The notes under the pieces are model-generated. The model did not search any database. It was given only the letters and a program-made list of their open reading frames with translations, and was not told the DNA's origin. Positions 13,290-26,719 of a stretch of 64,000 nt of DNA are shown here, piece by piece. Position 1 is the stretch's first letter. Every line of letters starts with the position of its first letter. Both the position numbers and the translations under genes were made by a program. This DNA comes from Chiloscyllium plagiosum (lineage: Eukaryota), in contig NC_057719.1 of NCBI RefSeq assembly GCF_004010195.1, positions 80,885,436 to 80,949,435 on the forward strand, read 5' to 3'.

Positions 13290-13900
13290 ATAGAGTCATA
13301 GCGATGTACAGCACGGAAACAGACCCTTCGGTCCAACTCGTCCATGCCGACCAGATATCCCAACCCAATCTAGTCCCACCTGCCAGAATCCGGCCCATAT
13401 CCCTCCAAACCCTTCCTATTCATATACCCATCCAAATGCCTGTTAAATGTTGCAATTATACCAGCCTCCACCACTTCCTCTAGCAGCTCATTCCATACAC
13501 ATACCACCCTCTGAGTGAAGAAGGTGCCCCTTAGGTCTCTTTTATATCTTTCCCCTCTCACCCTAAACCTATGCCCTCCATTTCTGGACTCCCCGACTCA
13601 AGGGAAAAGACTTTGCCTATTTATCCTATCCATGCCCCTCATAATTTTGTAAACCTCTATAAGGTCAGCCCTCAGCCTCCGACACTCCAGTGAAAACAGC
13701 CCCAGCCTGTTCAGCCTCTCCCTAGAACTCAAATCCTCCAGCCCTGGCAACATCCTTGTAAATGTTTTCTGAACACTTTCAAGTTTCACAATATCTTTCC
13801 GATAGGAAGGAGACCAGAATTGCATGCAATATTCCAACAGTGGCCTAACCAATGTCCTGTACAGCTGCAACATGACCTCCCAACTCCTGTACTCAATACT
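13290..13900 (-). mobile_element. CR1 LINE 3' end (RT C-terminus), nested in an older LINE (about 12995-14190)
   Basis: ORFs 13598-13873 (LYRTLVRPLLEYCMQFWSP) and 13370-13561 (FFTQRVVCVWNEL); (ATGACTCT)n-type tail. Confidence 0.92.
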
Positions 13901-14999
13901 CTAACCGATCTTTGGTGAATTTCTGCAGTGCATTTCATAGATAGCACAGAGTGCTACTGAGTATTGAAGGTGGAGGGAGTGGAAGCTTGTGGACGTGGTG
14001 CCAGTCAAGCAGGCTGCTTTGTCCCAGATGATGTCAAGTTTCTTGAGTATCAGTGGAGCTGCACCCATCCAGGCAAGTGTCCCCACCACACTCTTGACTT
14101 GTGCCTTGTAGACGGTGAACAGGCTTTGGGGAGTCAGGAGGTGAGTTACTCAGCACAGGTATTCCTAGCCTCTGACATGCTCTTATAGCCATAGTTACTG
14201 CCACATCTGCTGAATTTCTCTAGCTAATTCTGTTTTTATTTCAGATCTCCATAATCCACAATTCTTTTGTTTTTATGAAAGCACATCAGTGTGGATATGA
14301 ACTTATGACCAGAGCCCAAGAGCGATAGTATACCAGAGCTCAATAACCACGGCCCTGAATTAAAGGCCACCCACCCATTGTGTTCAGGTCAGGAGCCAGG
14401 GATCTAGGCCAGGAGCAGCACCAGAGTCCATGATTGCTATCCCTGCCTCTGATTGTGACATTGTTCGCTAATTTGTTCGAATATTGGAGATTGGTGGGTT
14501 GTGACAGGAAGTATTTCCCCACGGATATCTGTAACGTGGTCTCAGTTTTTCACCGAACAGTTAACAATTCGGTGAAAGAATTAAAAAATCATGTACTAAG
14601 TTTGCACATGACAGTAGGTTAGGAGGCACAGTAAATTACAAAGACAGACCCAGTCAGGGTGGGGGGGGAGGGGAGGTGGGAGGAGGGGGGAGATCTTGCC
14701 TGTGAACTGCAGTGTAAAACGGATGACAGAAAATTGGCAGCCTGTTTGACATCTCTCCCAATTTTTATGTCCACTGACTTTCACGGAAATAAAGCTCAGA
14801 GAGTCATAAAACAGACTGCTGATTCCTTTTCAGCCACTTTATACCACTGCAAAAGGTCAAGGCTAACCTCAATGCACATGACAGACGCAGCTCAATCTTA
14901 GGTAATATGCAACACTTTGAAGGCACTTTCTCTACTTTGGGAGACCTACAAAATGTAACTATCTCAACTCAGCACTGAATCTGTAAACTCATTTTATAT

Positions 15000-15330
15000 A
15001 GAATCCCTACATTGTGGAAACAGGCCATTTGGCCCAACAAGTCCATACCAACCTTCCAAAGAGCTTTCCACCCAGACCTATTCCCCTACCCCATGCTCTA
15101 CATTTCCACTGGCTAACGCACCTAGTCTACACATCCCTGAACACTATGGGCAATTTAGCATGGCCAATTCTCCTAACCTGCACATCGTTGGACTGTGGGA
15201 GGAAACCAGAGTGCCCAGACACAGGAAAAATGTGCAAATTCCATACAGCATGTCAGCTGAGGCTGGAAACAAACCCGGGTCCCTGGTGCTGTGAGGCAGC
15301 AGTGCTAACTACTGAGTCACCGTGCTGCCA
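15000..15330 (-). mobile_element. tRNA-derived SINE (HE1/V-SINE type)
   Basis: Similarity to the other copies. Confidence 0.88.
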
Positions 15331-15639
15331 TCATTCAAATAAGCTGTTCCATCTTGACTGATGCAGAACACACCTAATTTCGAGACAGATATGACTTCTA
15401 AAGTGGCAAGGTTTATTTTCTGGGGCTATCTGCAGAAATTATAATTTTTGACATTTACTTGTATTTGGAGTAAACCTTTCATCTTACTTTACTGGTCCCT
15501 GTGTGGTGATCAATTGATCCCTCTGATATTTTAACCTGGGCAGATCTAATGTACTTTGGGGTAAGTGAAAGTGTGTGCAGGTAAATAGCTGATAATGCAC
15601 ATTTACTTTTCACATACAAGATTGAACAGGGGATTTTTA

Positions 15640-16495
15640 AAAAATGAGGAGGGATCGCATACAAACCAAAACAAATTCTAACAAGATAAATGCAGGAAGG
15701 ATGTTCCCAATGACCAGGGAGTCCAGAGGCAAGGGTCACAGGCTAAGGGATGTGGGTTTTGTCGGCTGGACCAGCAATTTTTGCCCATCCTTAATTGCCC
15801 AGCGGCAGTTAAGAGTCAACCATGTAGCTGTGGGTCTGGAGTCACATGTAGCCGGGTCAGGTAAGGATGGCAGATTTCCTTCCCGAAAGGCCATTAATCA
15901 ACCAGATGGGTTTTTCACAACAATTGGAAACAGTTTTGTGGTCATCATTAGATTCTTAATTCCAGATTGTATTATTGAATTCAAATTCTGCAATCTGCCA
16001 TGATGGGATTCAAACCCAGGTCCCCAGGGCATTTCCTCTCGGTCTCTGGATAATTAGTCCCCCTCCCTGCTATATATATATATATTTTTTACCAGAAGTT
16101 TAGATGAAGGAGGGTGAAAATCTCATAGAAACTTCAAGAATTCAGCAGGACCACACAGTGTAAACAGAGGAAGGATGTTCCCAATGACCAGAGAGTCCAC
16201 AACCAGGTGTCACAGTCTAAGGATACGGGCTAGGCCATTTACAATTGAACAGAAATGTCTTCACCCAGAGAGTGGTGAGCCAGTGGAATTCTCTATCACA
16301 GAAAGTGATTGAGACTAAAACACTGAATGATTTCAAGAAAGAGAAAAATATAGTTCTTAGGGCTAAAGTGATAAAATGGCATGGGGAGAACAGGGTGCTG
16401 GATTGAATGATCAGACATGATCATATTGAACGGTGGACCAGGCTCAAAGGGCCAAATGGCCCAATCCTGTTCCTATTTCCAATGTTTCCATGTTT
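15640..16495 (+). mobile_element. Old CR1 3' fragments with a nested second-family SINE (about 15755-16060, minus strand)
   Basis: ggaaggatgttcccaatgacc occurs twice; ttcacccagagagtggtgagccagtggaat encodes FTQRVV. Confidence 0.7.
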
Positions 16496-17754
16496 CGATG
16501 TGTTGGATCTTCTGTGCTTGTCAGGGGGAAGATATCTGTGTCAATCGGAAGTCGTCAGCTCCTCATTGCTCAAAAGTGCTACTGGTGTGCTGAGGCTCCC
16601 AAGGGTACTACACACAAACGAGACTTTGCAGCACTGATGGTGAGTGATGGCAGGAGAGTATTGATGGGGGTGTGGTTGTGAGTAATGGGGCAAAAGCATA
16701 GAGGTGGCCCTTAGCAGGCTTCTCCTTCCCAATGCCGGCTGGTTCGATTAGCCCATTGAATGCTGTTGAATGAAGGATTCCCATTTATTGGTTTTTCATT
16801 TGGGTATTAAGATAAGGGCCAAAATTGGCGACAGGGCAGGAAGAAGTTGATTGGACATCCTGCCCCCCATCTTAGTTAGGATAGAGATAGGAAGAGAGTG
16901 GGGTCCCCATTTGTTACCTTTCCATCCAGTTAAATGCCCCTTGAAACGTTAGCCTTGCCATGGGCAGGGCAGTAAGTTCTGCCATTCATGCCAAAAATTC
17001 AGGTTTTTTCCTCCATAAGGGATATTTGCTTTTACCCATGTGTCATAATACATGACTCTTGGGTAATTATGCATAGTTGACCATGAAACAAGGTCACAGG
17101 AGAGCCCATGCACTCACCTCTCGCCATTAAAGTGAACAAACCCTTCAGCAAGAGTAATCGGGCAAAGTAAAAGGCCTCTTTACAAGGTAGCTAATATGTT
17201 CTTGCAAATCATTATTTCCCTGCTGTCTACTAACCTTCTCCTCAAGGATAATGCCTTCGGAAATCATGAGTGATGGGGAAAGGAGCAACAACTGAGCAAT
17301 GGCTTCGGGAACATAGCAAGAACGAGTCGACATCTATCAAAGCATCCATCTCTGAAGAAAGAATGAATCCCAAGATGTTGCTTCCTCGAACGTTAATCCT
17401 TCAGTTCGGAGTGAAATAAAGGGCTTCTTTCAAGCAGCTGGTGAGACATTTATAATTATCATGGTCCATAAAACTCTTCCGAGCACTGGGCTTCACTGCA
17501 GTAGATTCACCTTGATAATGAAGTTAATGGCTATGAATCTGTGTTGAATCCCCACCTTCCCCAATTAGTCACACCCACACAGACTGACAGGAGAAGCTGA
17601 GGTCTGACAGGCTGCTCCACTTGAATGATAAGAGGAATTCTATTGACTGACCTGAAGAGCAATTTCTTACCCGGATTGTAAAGTGCAGCCTAGAAACCTC
17701 TTTGACATTATGGCCCACCATTAAATAAGCTCAGATCCCTTGCAGGACAGATGA

Positions 17755-18078
17755 TAGAATCCCTACTGTGTGGAAGCAGGCCATTCGATCCCTCAAATCC
17801 ACACTGACCCTCCAAAGAACATTCCATCCAGACCCACCCTGTCCCTAAAATCCTGCAATCCCCATTGCTAATCCACCTAGCCTGTACTTCCCCGGACACT
17901 ATGGGCATTTTACCAATCCACCTGACCTGCACATCTTTGGATTGTGGGAGGAAACCAGAGCACCCGGAGGAAGTCCGCGCAGACACTGGGAGAACATGCA
18001 ACCTCCACACAGACAGTCACCCAAGGCGGGAATCAAACCTGTGAGGCAGCAATGCTATCCACTGAGCCACTGTGCCAA
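17755..18078 (-). mobile_element. tRNA-derived SINE (HE1/V-SINE type)
   Basis: Similarity to the other copies. Confidence 0.88.
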
Positions 18079-18889
18079 CCCAGATCTTGGTAGGTATCCA
18101 TCATTCCAATTAAACAAAAGCAAAATATGGTGGAAATCTGAAATGAACAGGCAAAACGCTGGAAACACTCAGACACAGGGGCAATGTTTCCGTTCAATGA
18201 TCTTTCATCAGACCAGTAAAGGTTAGCAATGTGCCAGATCTTAAGCATGTGTTGTGAGAAACAGGGAGGGGTAGAAAGAATAGAGTGTGAAGTTCCATCA
18301 CAAAATGAAAGGTAGGAGTAATTAAATGAGAATCGGGGATAACAGTGCAAGACAAAATGGGATGGCAATGGAATATTTTTTAAAAAAATACATAAGTGCA
18401 TTGCAAGTGACAACTGCAGAAACATTATGAGAAGCAGAATCCAATACAGTTGCTTCAAATAACTGGAGCAGTGGCTGTGGTCTACAGATTGTAGTTCAGC
18501 GTTGAGTCTGGAATGCTGTAATCAAAAGATGAGATGCTGTTCCTTGCACTTGCATTGAAACCTCATTGAAACACTGTAGGAGCTTGAGGACAAGAAACAG
18601 AGAGGCAGAGAGGTCAGAGTGGGACTGGGTTAGAGAATTAAACTGACAAGTGACTCGGAGCTCAGGGATAAGCTTGCAAATTGAAGTGAGGTGCCCTACT
18701 TTAAAAACTGAAAGTGCTGGAGAAACTCGGTGGGCCTGGCGGTACCTGTGGAGGGAAAGGAATGGGGTTAACATTTCGCGTCCACTATGACTTTTCAGAG
18801 GTTCATGTGAGACTCGAAATATTAACTCTGTTTCTCTCTCCACGGTTGCTGCCAAACCCGTTGATTTCATCCAGTACTTTCGGAAACAC

Positions 18890-19612
18890 CAGGCAAATCC
18901 TCTAGAACAATCTGTCACCACTGGGTAATCCTTTGGAATCAGATGAGATCCTGGTACAATTCGTTCAAATCCTCTGAGATTCCAGGTTAAACTTCTCGAA
19001 TTGTTGGGTCACCATTCCATCCTCTAGAACTTCAGGCTAATCCTTTTGCATCCAAATGGACCCCAGGCTAATCCACTCAAATTCTCTGCAACACCAGGCT
19101 AATTCTCTCTAAATCTCTAGGACCACAGGCTAATACTCTTGAAGCCACTGAAACCTGAACCTGACTCTCTCAAATCCTCTGGGGTCCCAGCTAATCCTCT
19201 GGTACCTCCAATGAATTGCCCAGTTTGCCTGGGACCCTAGTCTAATCCTCTGGGAACACAGTCAAAACCACTCAAATCCTCAAGGACCCTGGGATAATCC
19301 TCTCAAACATTTCAAGGGCCCCAGGTTAATCCTTTTGAATAACCTGGGACCCAAGTCTAATCCTCAAACTCTCTGGGATCCCAGGCGAATATTCTCCAAT
19401 CCTCGGGGACCCGAGTCTAATCTTCTGAAATCCTCACAGAGCACAGGCTAATCCTCTCGAATCCTCCGGGAGCCCAGCTATGTCCTCTCAAATTCTCTGA
19501 ACAAACCAGTCGGATCCTTTTGAATCCCCTGGGACCCCAGAGCTAATCCTCACGAAGCCTCTGGGACCACAGGTGAATGCTCTCGAATCGCCTTATACAC
19601 CTGCCTAATCCT
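18890..19612. repeat. Degenerate ~30-bp minisatellite (about 22-24 units), consensus near CCAGGCTAATCCTCTCAAATCCTCTGGGAC
   Basis: CTAATCC-like cores recur about every 30 bp (near 19038, 19069, 19100, 19327, 19358, 19418, 19449). Confidence 0.88.
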
Positions 19613-21454
19613 TTCCAGATTTCCAGCATCTGCACTTTAATCATGAGGTGTCCTGCAAAGCTGTCACCCAGTCTGTGTCTGGTCTCCAGAATGAGGAGAC
19701 ACCTGGATAGTACGTTCAGTCAACTATAGCCATTCATGTCAATGACAGTCACCTCAGATCTGGAGTCCAGGTTTTCACCAAGTCAGTAAATGAAGATAGA
19801 TGCTGTGTGGTGCGAGAGGAATTCAAGCAGAGGGTTAGTGAACAGGTTACTGCTGAGTAAGTCTTGTTTGATAACATTGTCACAATACTGATAATGGGGC
19901 AGCAATTGGCTAGGTTGGATCTATCCTGCTTTATATGGACAGAACCAATTGAGCAAATTTCCACCTTGCCAAGGTACTGTAGCTGCATGTGAACAGCTTG
20001 TGGCTGTGGGTGTAGCAAATTCTGGAGCACGCCTTCAGTCCTATTGCCAGAATGTTGTCAGGATCCATAACCTTTTCAGTATCCAATGCCTCCAACTGTT
20101 CCTTGTTATCTCATGGAGTGAATCGAATTGGTGGAAAGCTATCACCTGTGACACTTGTGACATCTGGAATAGGCCGAGATGGATCATCCAGTCAGCACTT
20201 CTGGGCCTAGGTGGATGAAAATGCTTCAGTCTTATCTTTTTCACTGATGTGCTAGACTCCCCCATATTGAGGATAGGGATAGGAATATTATAAAGTTAAC
20301 TGCATCCATTCTTTTCTGCTGTCATTGTGCTGCCACTAATTAGTACAACTCCTCCTTCTTCCTTCACAATCCGTTCTGATTGAGCTAATGTCCCTCTGAG
20401 CTGCACCAGCACCATGCAGGGAACATAAGAATATCAGGATTAGAAACACAGGGTATTGGACCCTTCAAGCTTGCTTCACAGTCCACGACACAAGAAGCAG
20501 TTTCTTTAAGATGTACAGCTGCATGGAAAGCTTAATAAAGCACACATGCAACAAACAAGCCTCAGATCACATCGGGAAAAGTCAAGAAAGGTTGGAATCT
20601 TTACCTTTAGTTGCCAGTTTGCCTGTAATGTAACCATCACTCTGTTCCCATTCCATCTGGTCATTTAGTCTGGATTACTGCTTCAAGCTCCCCTTTTCGG
20701 TATTAGATTCTCTGTACATAGTTTTATGAACGGTTTAATGCATCTTTAGCATTTTTTCCTTTCACTCTATTTTTAACATTTTCTTTTATATTTCTGTTTT
20801 ATAACTGCATTTATTCCCTGACCATTTGTCAGCCTTGTTCCCTACCTCAAGGTGACATTTAATTTAATCCATTTCCCGTAGCTTTGGCTGTCTTCACCAG
20901 ATTGGAATCTCTGTCTTGCTCGGTTAAAGTGCCATTGGCACCTTCCCTTGTCATTTCCCCTAAGGCGTGGGTCCCACTCCAGTTCAGACATCAATATTTG
21001 AAAACAGCCTACTCAGAGTGTGACACCACAACTCTGGAACAGGTGGGACTTGAACTTGGACTTCTTGGCTCAATGGTAGGAGCACTACCATTGGGTTCCA
21101 AAAGCCCCCTTTAGTTCAGCTATATCCTGTTGTAACAATGGAACCCTTTCAGTCTAATAACTGGTGCCATTGTCCTGTGACATACTGATTTCTATTTCAG
21201 CTCAACAGACTCATTGGTTTGATGGTGCTACACCTTTCAGAGGCATGGCTGAGATCATTACCGTGTTCAGTTGATCCGTGTTTGATTATGAGAGTCCGGT
21301 AACTGATCTGAGCTCACTGCGCTTGGTTGGTTAAGCCTAGGTGATGACTTAAGCTTCAGTAAACAGAAAGACCAAGAAAGTTTAAGCGGGGACAAGGCTG
21401 AGAGGAGACATTTTGTGATTGTAGTAAGGTTTTCAAACTCTTGTTAACAAACCT

Positions 21455-21692
21455 GTTGCACACGTAAGAATGGGTGTCATCGCTGAAATAACTCCACAGA
21501 GACCGATATTCCATGACGAATCTTTGAAACTAATCCAGCTGCCTCAAAACCAGCTCTTAGAGTGAAGAGGATATATGGCACTCCTGTTTATATCAATCAG
21601 CCAGAGCTCCCTGATTGGACCAGATTACCAGCCTCAATCAGGGAACTCAGACTCTATGATGGCTACCTGGCTGACCTCATTACAATCAATAC
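21455..21692 (-). mobile_element. Possible short LTR remnant
   Basis: Inverted CCAAT-like pair tccctgattgg...aatcaggga next to a minus-strand ATATAAA; termini decayed and no clear TSD. Confidence 0.4.
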
Positions 21693-21941
21693 GATCTCTA
21701 CATTGTTAAATTAAACAAATTAAATTTAGAGGAAACCTATGAAACACAACAATCATCACTGTTCAGCCAATCATTCCATAACAAAATCTGAAATACATCT
21801 CCATACTGACTCTTTGACATAACACATATGGACCCTGTCAGTCTTTGGTCGAGAAACAGTGGAGAATTTGAGGGAAATGGTCTTTCATTGCATAAAGATA
21901 TTGCTGATCTCCACCAGTTTTCACTCCATTGTCAAACTTAC

Positions 21942-22621
21942 TGTGGGAGAAAATCCGCTTCCCTGTCCACCCATAGCATGGCCACAAAGAGCATAAGGAA
22001 CCATGTCTGCCTAAGCCACAATGAAAACTACCCAGAGTTCCTCAGCCTTGACCAAACGGGCTAACTAAGATACAAGGCAGCAAACAGGAGATGACTCAAG
22101 CCACTTCCAGACTGGGGAATACACTTCCCGAGACAGCCTGACAATAGACTTCCCTGCACTCAGTAAGCACAACCGCTCCCGAAGCGCTAAGGGAAGCCTT
22201 GCTCCTCACACATGCAGGAACTCCAGAAAGGGTGCTCAGACTGAAAGGCACCATGCAGCCTTGCTTGTGGATTAACCACAATGGAAACCCAGGATGAGAA
22301 ACATTAGCACCTACTCGCAAGAGGATTGAAATCTCCTGATTCAATCACGGACTGGTTGCTGCTACCAGACGGCTGATGGTCCTCCCATTGATTGTGTTTT
22401 ACTCTTGATTGTACTGTAATTCACACCATATTACTGTCCCCCTATAAAAACTGCCCACTGCTTAGGAAGAGAACCCTTGGTCTACCTGGACAAACTGTCA
22501 GTTCTGTGTCAGCCTCATCAATTTCTCTTCCAGCGATATCGCTTGAAATAAACAGCTTGTCAATTTCACCTGATCTGCATGTGTGTGTGATCTCTGTTCA
22601 ATTGGGCTCAATTCTCCAACA
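21942..22621 (+). mobile_element. Solo LTR (680 bp), ERV- or LTR-retrotransposon-like
   Basis: TGTGGGAGAA...TTCTCCAACA termini (9/10 inverted match); TATAAAA 22443-22449; AATAAA 22547-22552; flanks CTTAC/CTCAT may be a decayed 5-bp TSD. Confidence 0.75.
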
Positions 22622-24804
22622 CTCATCCAGCTTCAATCCATGGGTCTTGTTGAGTTGGCTAATTTCTGCTTAGAAAAGAGAATGATTGGCTTCCACATTC
22701 CTGGGTTAAGTACGGGACAGTTAGCAATCAGCCTGACTTCTGATGTCTATTCAGTAGACCCTGTTTGGCATGTGCATGGGCAACCATTGAATGAGGACAG
22801 AAGTTGAGCATCACTTCTTCCCAATTTGGAGCTATGTTGTCCCTTCATCCCTTCACCAATGTTGGATCAAAATCCTGGGATTCCCTTCTTAACAGCACAG
22901 TGGGAGCATTTTTGTGACACAGACAGCAACTCACTACCATTGCCCCAAGGATGACTAGGGATGGGTAATTTAATCAATGATGTCTACACCCCATGAATGA
23001 GTGGTACAAATAAAATTCAAATTCTCAAAGTATTTATTCTTGACAGTTTATAAACCATTTTAATTGGTACTTTTTGAGTTGTTTTACCTTTAAATGTAGA
23101 AATCTACGATGTAGCTAGTGGAGTCCTTGTTGAGGAATGAGTGTGGTCTCTGTGCTATCAAACTTTCCAATCAAACATTTTTTTTGCATATTGCTAATTT
23201 TGTTCCATTTAAATTAATCCACTTCTTAAAAGCGCATAGTGCACGATTTTCCCCTTCCTGGAGGAGGCTGATAGGAAGGGCAAATAATTGGGTGATCTGG
23301 CCTTGGAGAGATAATTAAGTGCTGGGTAAGCAAGACAATTGGGGTCTTTGTTGACTTTCCAGCAATTGACTTCCACTTAGGACCCTCAAGTAGAATCCAT
23401 AGAATCCCTACAGTGTGGAAACAGGCCATTCAGCCCAACAAGTCCTCAATGACCCTCCGAAGAGCATCCCACCCAAGTCCAACCCCTACCCTATCCCTGT
23501 AACCCTGTACTTCCTGTGGCTAACCCACCTAATGTGCTCATCCCTGGCCAACATTGACCCAATGACCTGCATTCCTGGCACAAAGAAAACATTCTGGTTT
23601 CCTGAATAAGAAACTGGAGCCACTGCCTCCCAGATCCAGGATGGAAATTTCTTCTGCAATAAGATGAGGCCTATTGGGGACATGGATGGGTGAGGAAGTA
23701 ACCAATGAAAGCCATGCCAACGCTGTTGTCTCTCACCCCCATAACAGTCCCTCTCCTGTGATCCCCACTCAATGAGAAGCAAAATGAAAAGATGTGCCTC
23801 TTGCCACTGGATCCTTTGAAGAATAGGCCTCAACCGGTAGATTTTAGGTTCCAGAAGCTGATAGCCTCTAATTGGCTAAAATTCCATGATCAAGGCCTGT
23901 GATTGGCAGAGAGGTTCACTGGTCATCTCTTAAGAAGCGGATAGGACCCTGATTTGGCAAGCTGGTTCGGTGGTGGGGCTGGCAAGAGAGTGCCCAGTGT
24001 TCATGCCTTCCACTGCTCCACCCACCCGACATTTGCAATACCAATCAGAAAAACCACAGCCTGAGTGTTGCTCTCCCTGTAAAGTCAGCACTTTGTTGCA
24101 AAGACCATATGTACAGATTGTGGCCTGTTCTGTGATGTCACTCACACCAAGTCCATTGTGCCTGTGCTCACAGACCTGTACTGGCTTGCAATGGACTATA
24201 TATCCTAGATAATCAGGTCTTCACATTGTGTTATATGTAGCAGGCACATCTTCCCATTTTGATTACATATACAATGTCGATGATTTCAATTACAGAAGAT
24301 ACAAATTATTTCCTGATTTATAGACTTGTAACTTTATGTTCTATTTAGCATAAGGATTCCAATAATTGTTATTATTTATGATTTTAATTACACACACTAT
24401 CAGTTCTGTGATTTTATGTACTGTAAATGGTATTTATTATTTTGGTGACAGTGAATGCTGTATTATTTTTATGGTGGTGACTATAACTTTGGAAATAAAC
24501 TGACCTTGACATTCAATGGCACTGAACCCCTTTAACAAGCACCAAACCTTCAAATGGAGGTTGATACGTAATTCCAGTCCTGCACTGAAAGTACCTTATA
24601 GTACAGGTTCCATATAATCATTTACCCCTGATAACTTTTCACACCCTTGCCCAACAAGAACCTTTTTGCCTCAGCTTAACAATGTCCAATGTATGCAGTT
24701 GTTCTGGTCAATAAGGGCAATGCCGGACGTCTATTATACACCAATCCTACCCTTGTCGCAAGATTATTTTGTGAATTTGGGTTGTGTAGTGTAAGATGCC
24801 ACAC

Positions 24805-25128
24805 ATAGAGTCATAGAGTCATAGACATGTACAGCACGGAAACAGACCCTTTGGTCCAACTCGTCCATGCCGACCAGATATCCCAACCCAATCTAGTCCC
24901 ACTTGCCAGTAGCTGGCCCATATCCCTCTGAACCCTTCCTATTCATATACCCATCCAAATGCCTCTTAAATGTTGCAATTGTACCAGCCTCCACCACTTC
25001 CTCTGGCAGCTCCCTCCGACGCTCCAGGGAAAACAGCCCCAGCCTGTTCAGCCTCTCCCTATAACTCAAATCTTCCAACCCTGGCAACAGCCTTGTAAAT
25101 CTTTTCTGAACCCTTTCAAGTTTCACAA
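24805..25128 (-). mobile_element. CR1 3' end with an internal deletion
   Basis: ORF 24893-25126 joins LGLFSLERRR directly to ELPEEVVEAG, skipping the segment present in the 13290-13900 copy. Confidence 0.9.
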
Positions 25129-25481
25129 CGCATGATTAAATTTACTCAGCAGGTCATTACAGTAAGAGGCAGCAATGCTGCTAAAAGGACTTATCCACAA
25201 GTTAGTTGCTGATTTTCCCCTTTAGGCTGTTGGTTAACCCGAAGGTTTATTTGGCCTTATTTCCCGATTTCTACAAATGACTTCTGCTCGCAGATTTTAG
25301 TCAGTGCTTCACTATTTCAGCAGCCTTCAGTCAGGCTCATTGCAGTCAGGGACAGGTTAGTAAGGGGCAGCTTTCATGCCCGAGTGGGTGAACGATAGAA
25401 GTGAGAACAGTGAGCAATAGACAGTACTGACTGCAGGTCTTCAGGAAGTTAGAATTAAAGGGCACCTGATGTTATTTAATA

Positions 25482-25765
25482 GAAAGTGAGGACTGCAGAT
25501 GCTGGGGATCAGAGTTGAGAGTGTGGTGCTGGAAAAGCACAGCAAGTCAGGCAGCATCCAAGGAGCAGGAGAATCGACATTTCAGGCATAAGCCCTTCAT
25601 TGGGCTTAAGCCCGAAATCTGTGGAACCCTGAGGTGCAAAAGGGTTTCAGGTGTCCTTGTGTATGAGCCATCAGGGATGAAGGGCTTATGCCCGATACAT
25701 TGATTCTCTTGCTCCTCAGATGCTGCCTCACCTCCTGTGCTTTTCCAGCATCACACCCCCAAGCT
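25482..25765. mobile_element. Fold-back PLE terminal-repeat insertion with about 75 bp of unrelated loop
   Basis: Inverted arms as at 6670; flanks tgatgttattt / tgatgtcattt look like a TSD. Confidence 0.75.
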
Positions 25766-25834
25766 TGATGTCATTTGCCTCTTAATTCCTTCGTTCTCAA
25801 GCTCCACAGCGATTCAGTGTCAGTACGAATTGAC

Positions 25835-26395
25835 ACATAGAGTCAAGGGGTCAGACAGCACAGAAACCCACGAGCCAACCAGGCCACACAGAGCATAATC
25901 CCAAACTAACCTAGTCCCACCAGCCTGCTGCTGGCCCATATCCCTCCAAACCTTTCTTATCCGTGTACTTATCCAAATGTTGTAATCGTACCCACATCCT
26001 CAGGAAGTTCATTCCACACGTGAACCACCCTCTGTGTAAAAGAATTACCCCTCGTGTCTTTTTTAAATCTCTCTCCTCTCACCTTACAAATGTGCCCCTT
26101 AGTCTTGAAATCCCCCATCCTAGGGAAAAGACAACTATCATTAACTCTATCTGTACCCCTCATTATTTTATAAACTTCTATCTGGTCACCTCTCAACCTG
26201 CTATGCTCCAGTGAAAAAGCCTATCCAGCCTTTCAAATTCAAACCTTACATTCCTGACAAAATCCTGGTAAATCTCTTCTGAACTCTCTCCAGCTTAATA
26301 ATACCCTTCCTATAACTGGGTGACCAGAACTGGATACAATATTCCAGAAGAGGCCTCACCAATGTCCTATAGAACCTCATCATGACTTCCCAATC
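25835..26395 (-). mobile_element. CR1 3' end
   Basis: ORFs 26246-26446 and 25969-26196 give RT C-terminal motifs. Confidence 0.9.
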
Positions 26396-26719
26396 AAAAC
26401 ATAACAGCCACACTGTTATGCACCAGGTTAGAAACATGATGCCCATGTCCCCTGGACACTGTCATGTCAGTCAGTCAATGCAACATGTGGTCTCTGTGCC
26501 ACTCTCCTCTTCCATGAGGGCTTATTTGTGCGATAGTCCGAAGTCACTGACAGAACATTTCCGTACTTAAATGCATGGTGCACGCCATTCCTTATTCCCT
26601 TCCTTCATAACAAAGTTTATAGAAACTGACCTAACTCAATTCTTGCCCTGAACTGCAAAATTGCAAGAGATAGGCCATACCCAACTGTGCTCCCAGGTAA
26701 GGTCAGCGTCTTATGATTC

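Noticed and set aside
16700..16985. Possible MITE or Harbinger terminal sequence
   Set aside because: Too decayed to pair TIRs or find a TSD.
18890..19612. CRISPR-like or collagen-coding reading of the ~30-bp array
   Set aside because: Vertebrate DNA, no unique spacers or cas genes, no open Gly-X-Y frame.
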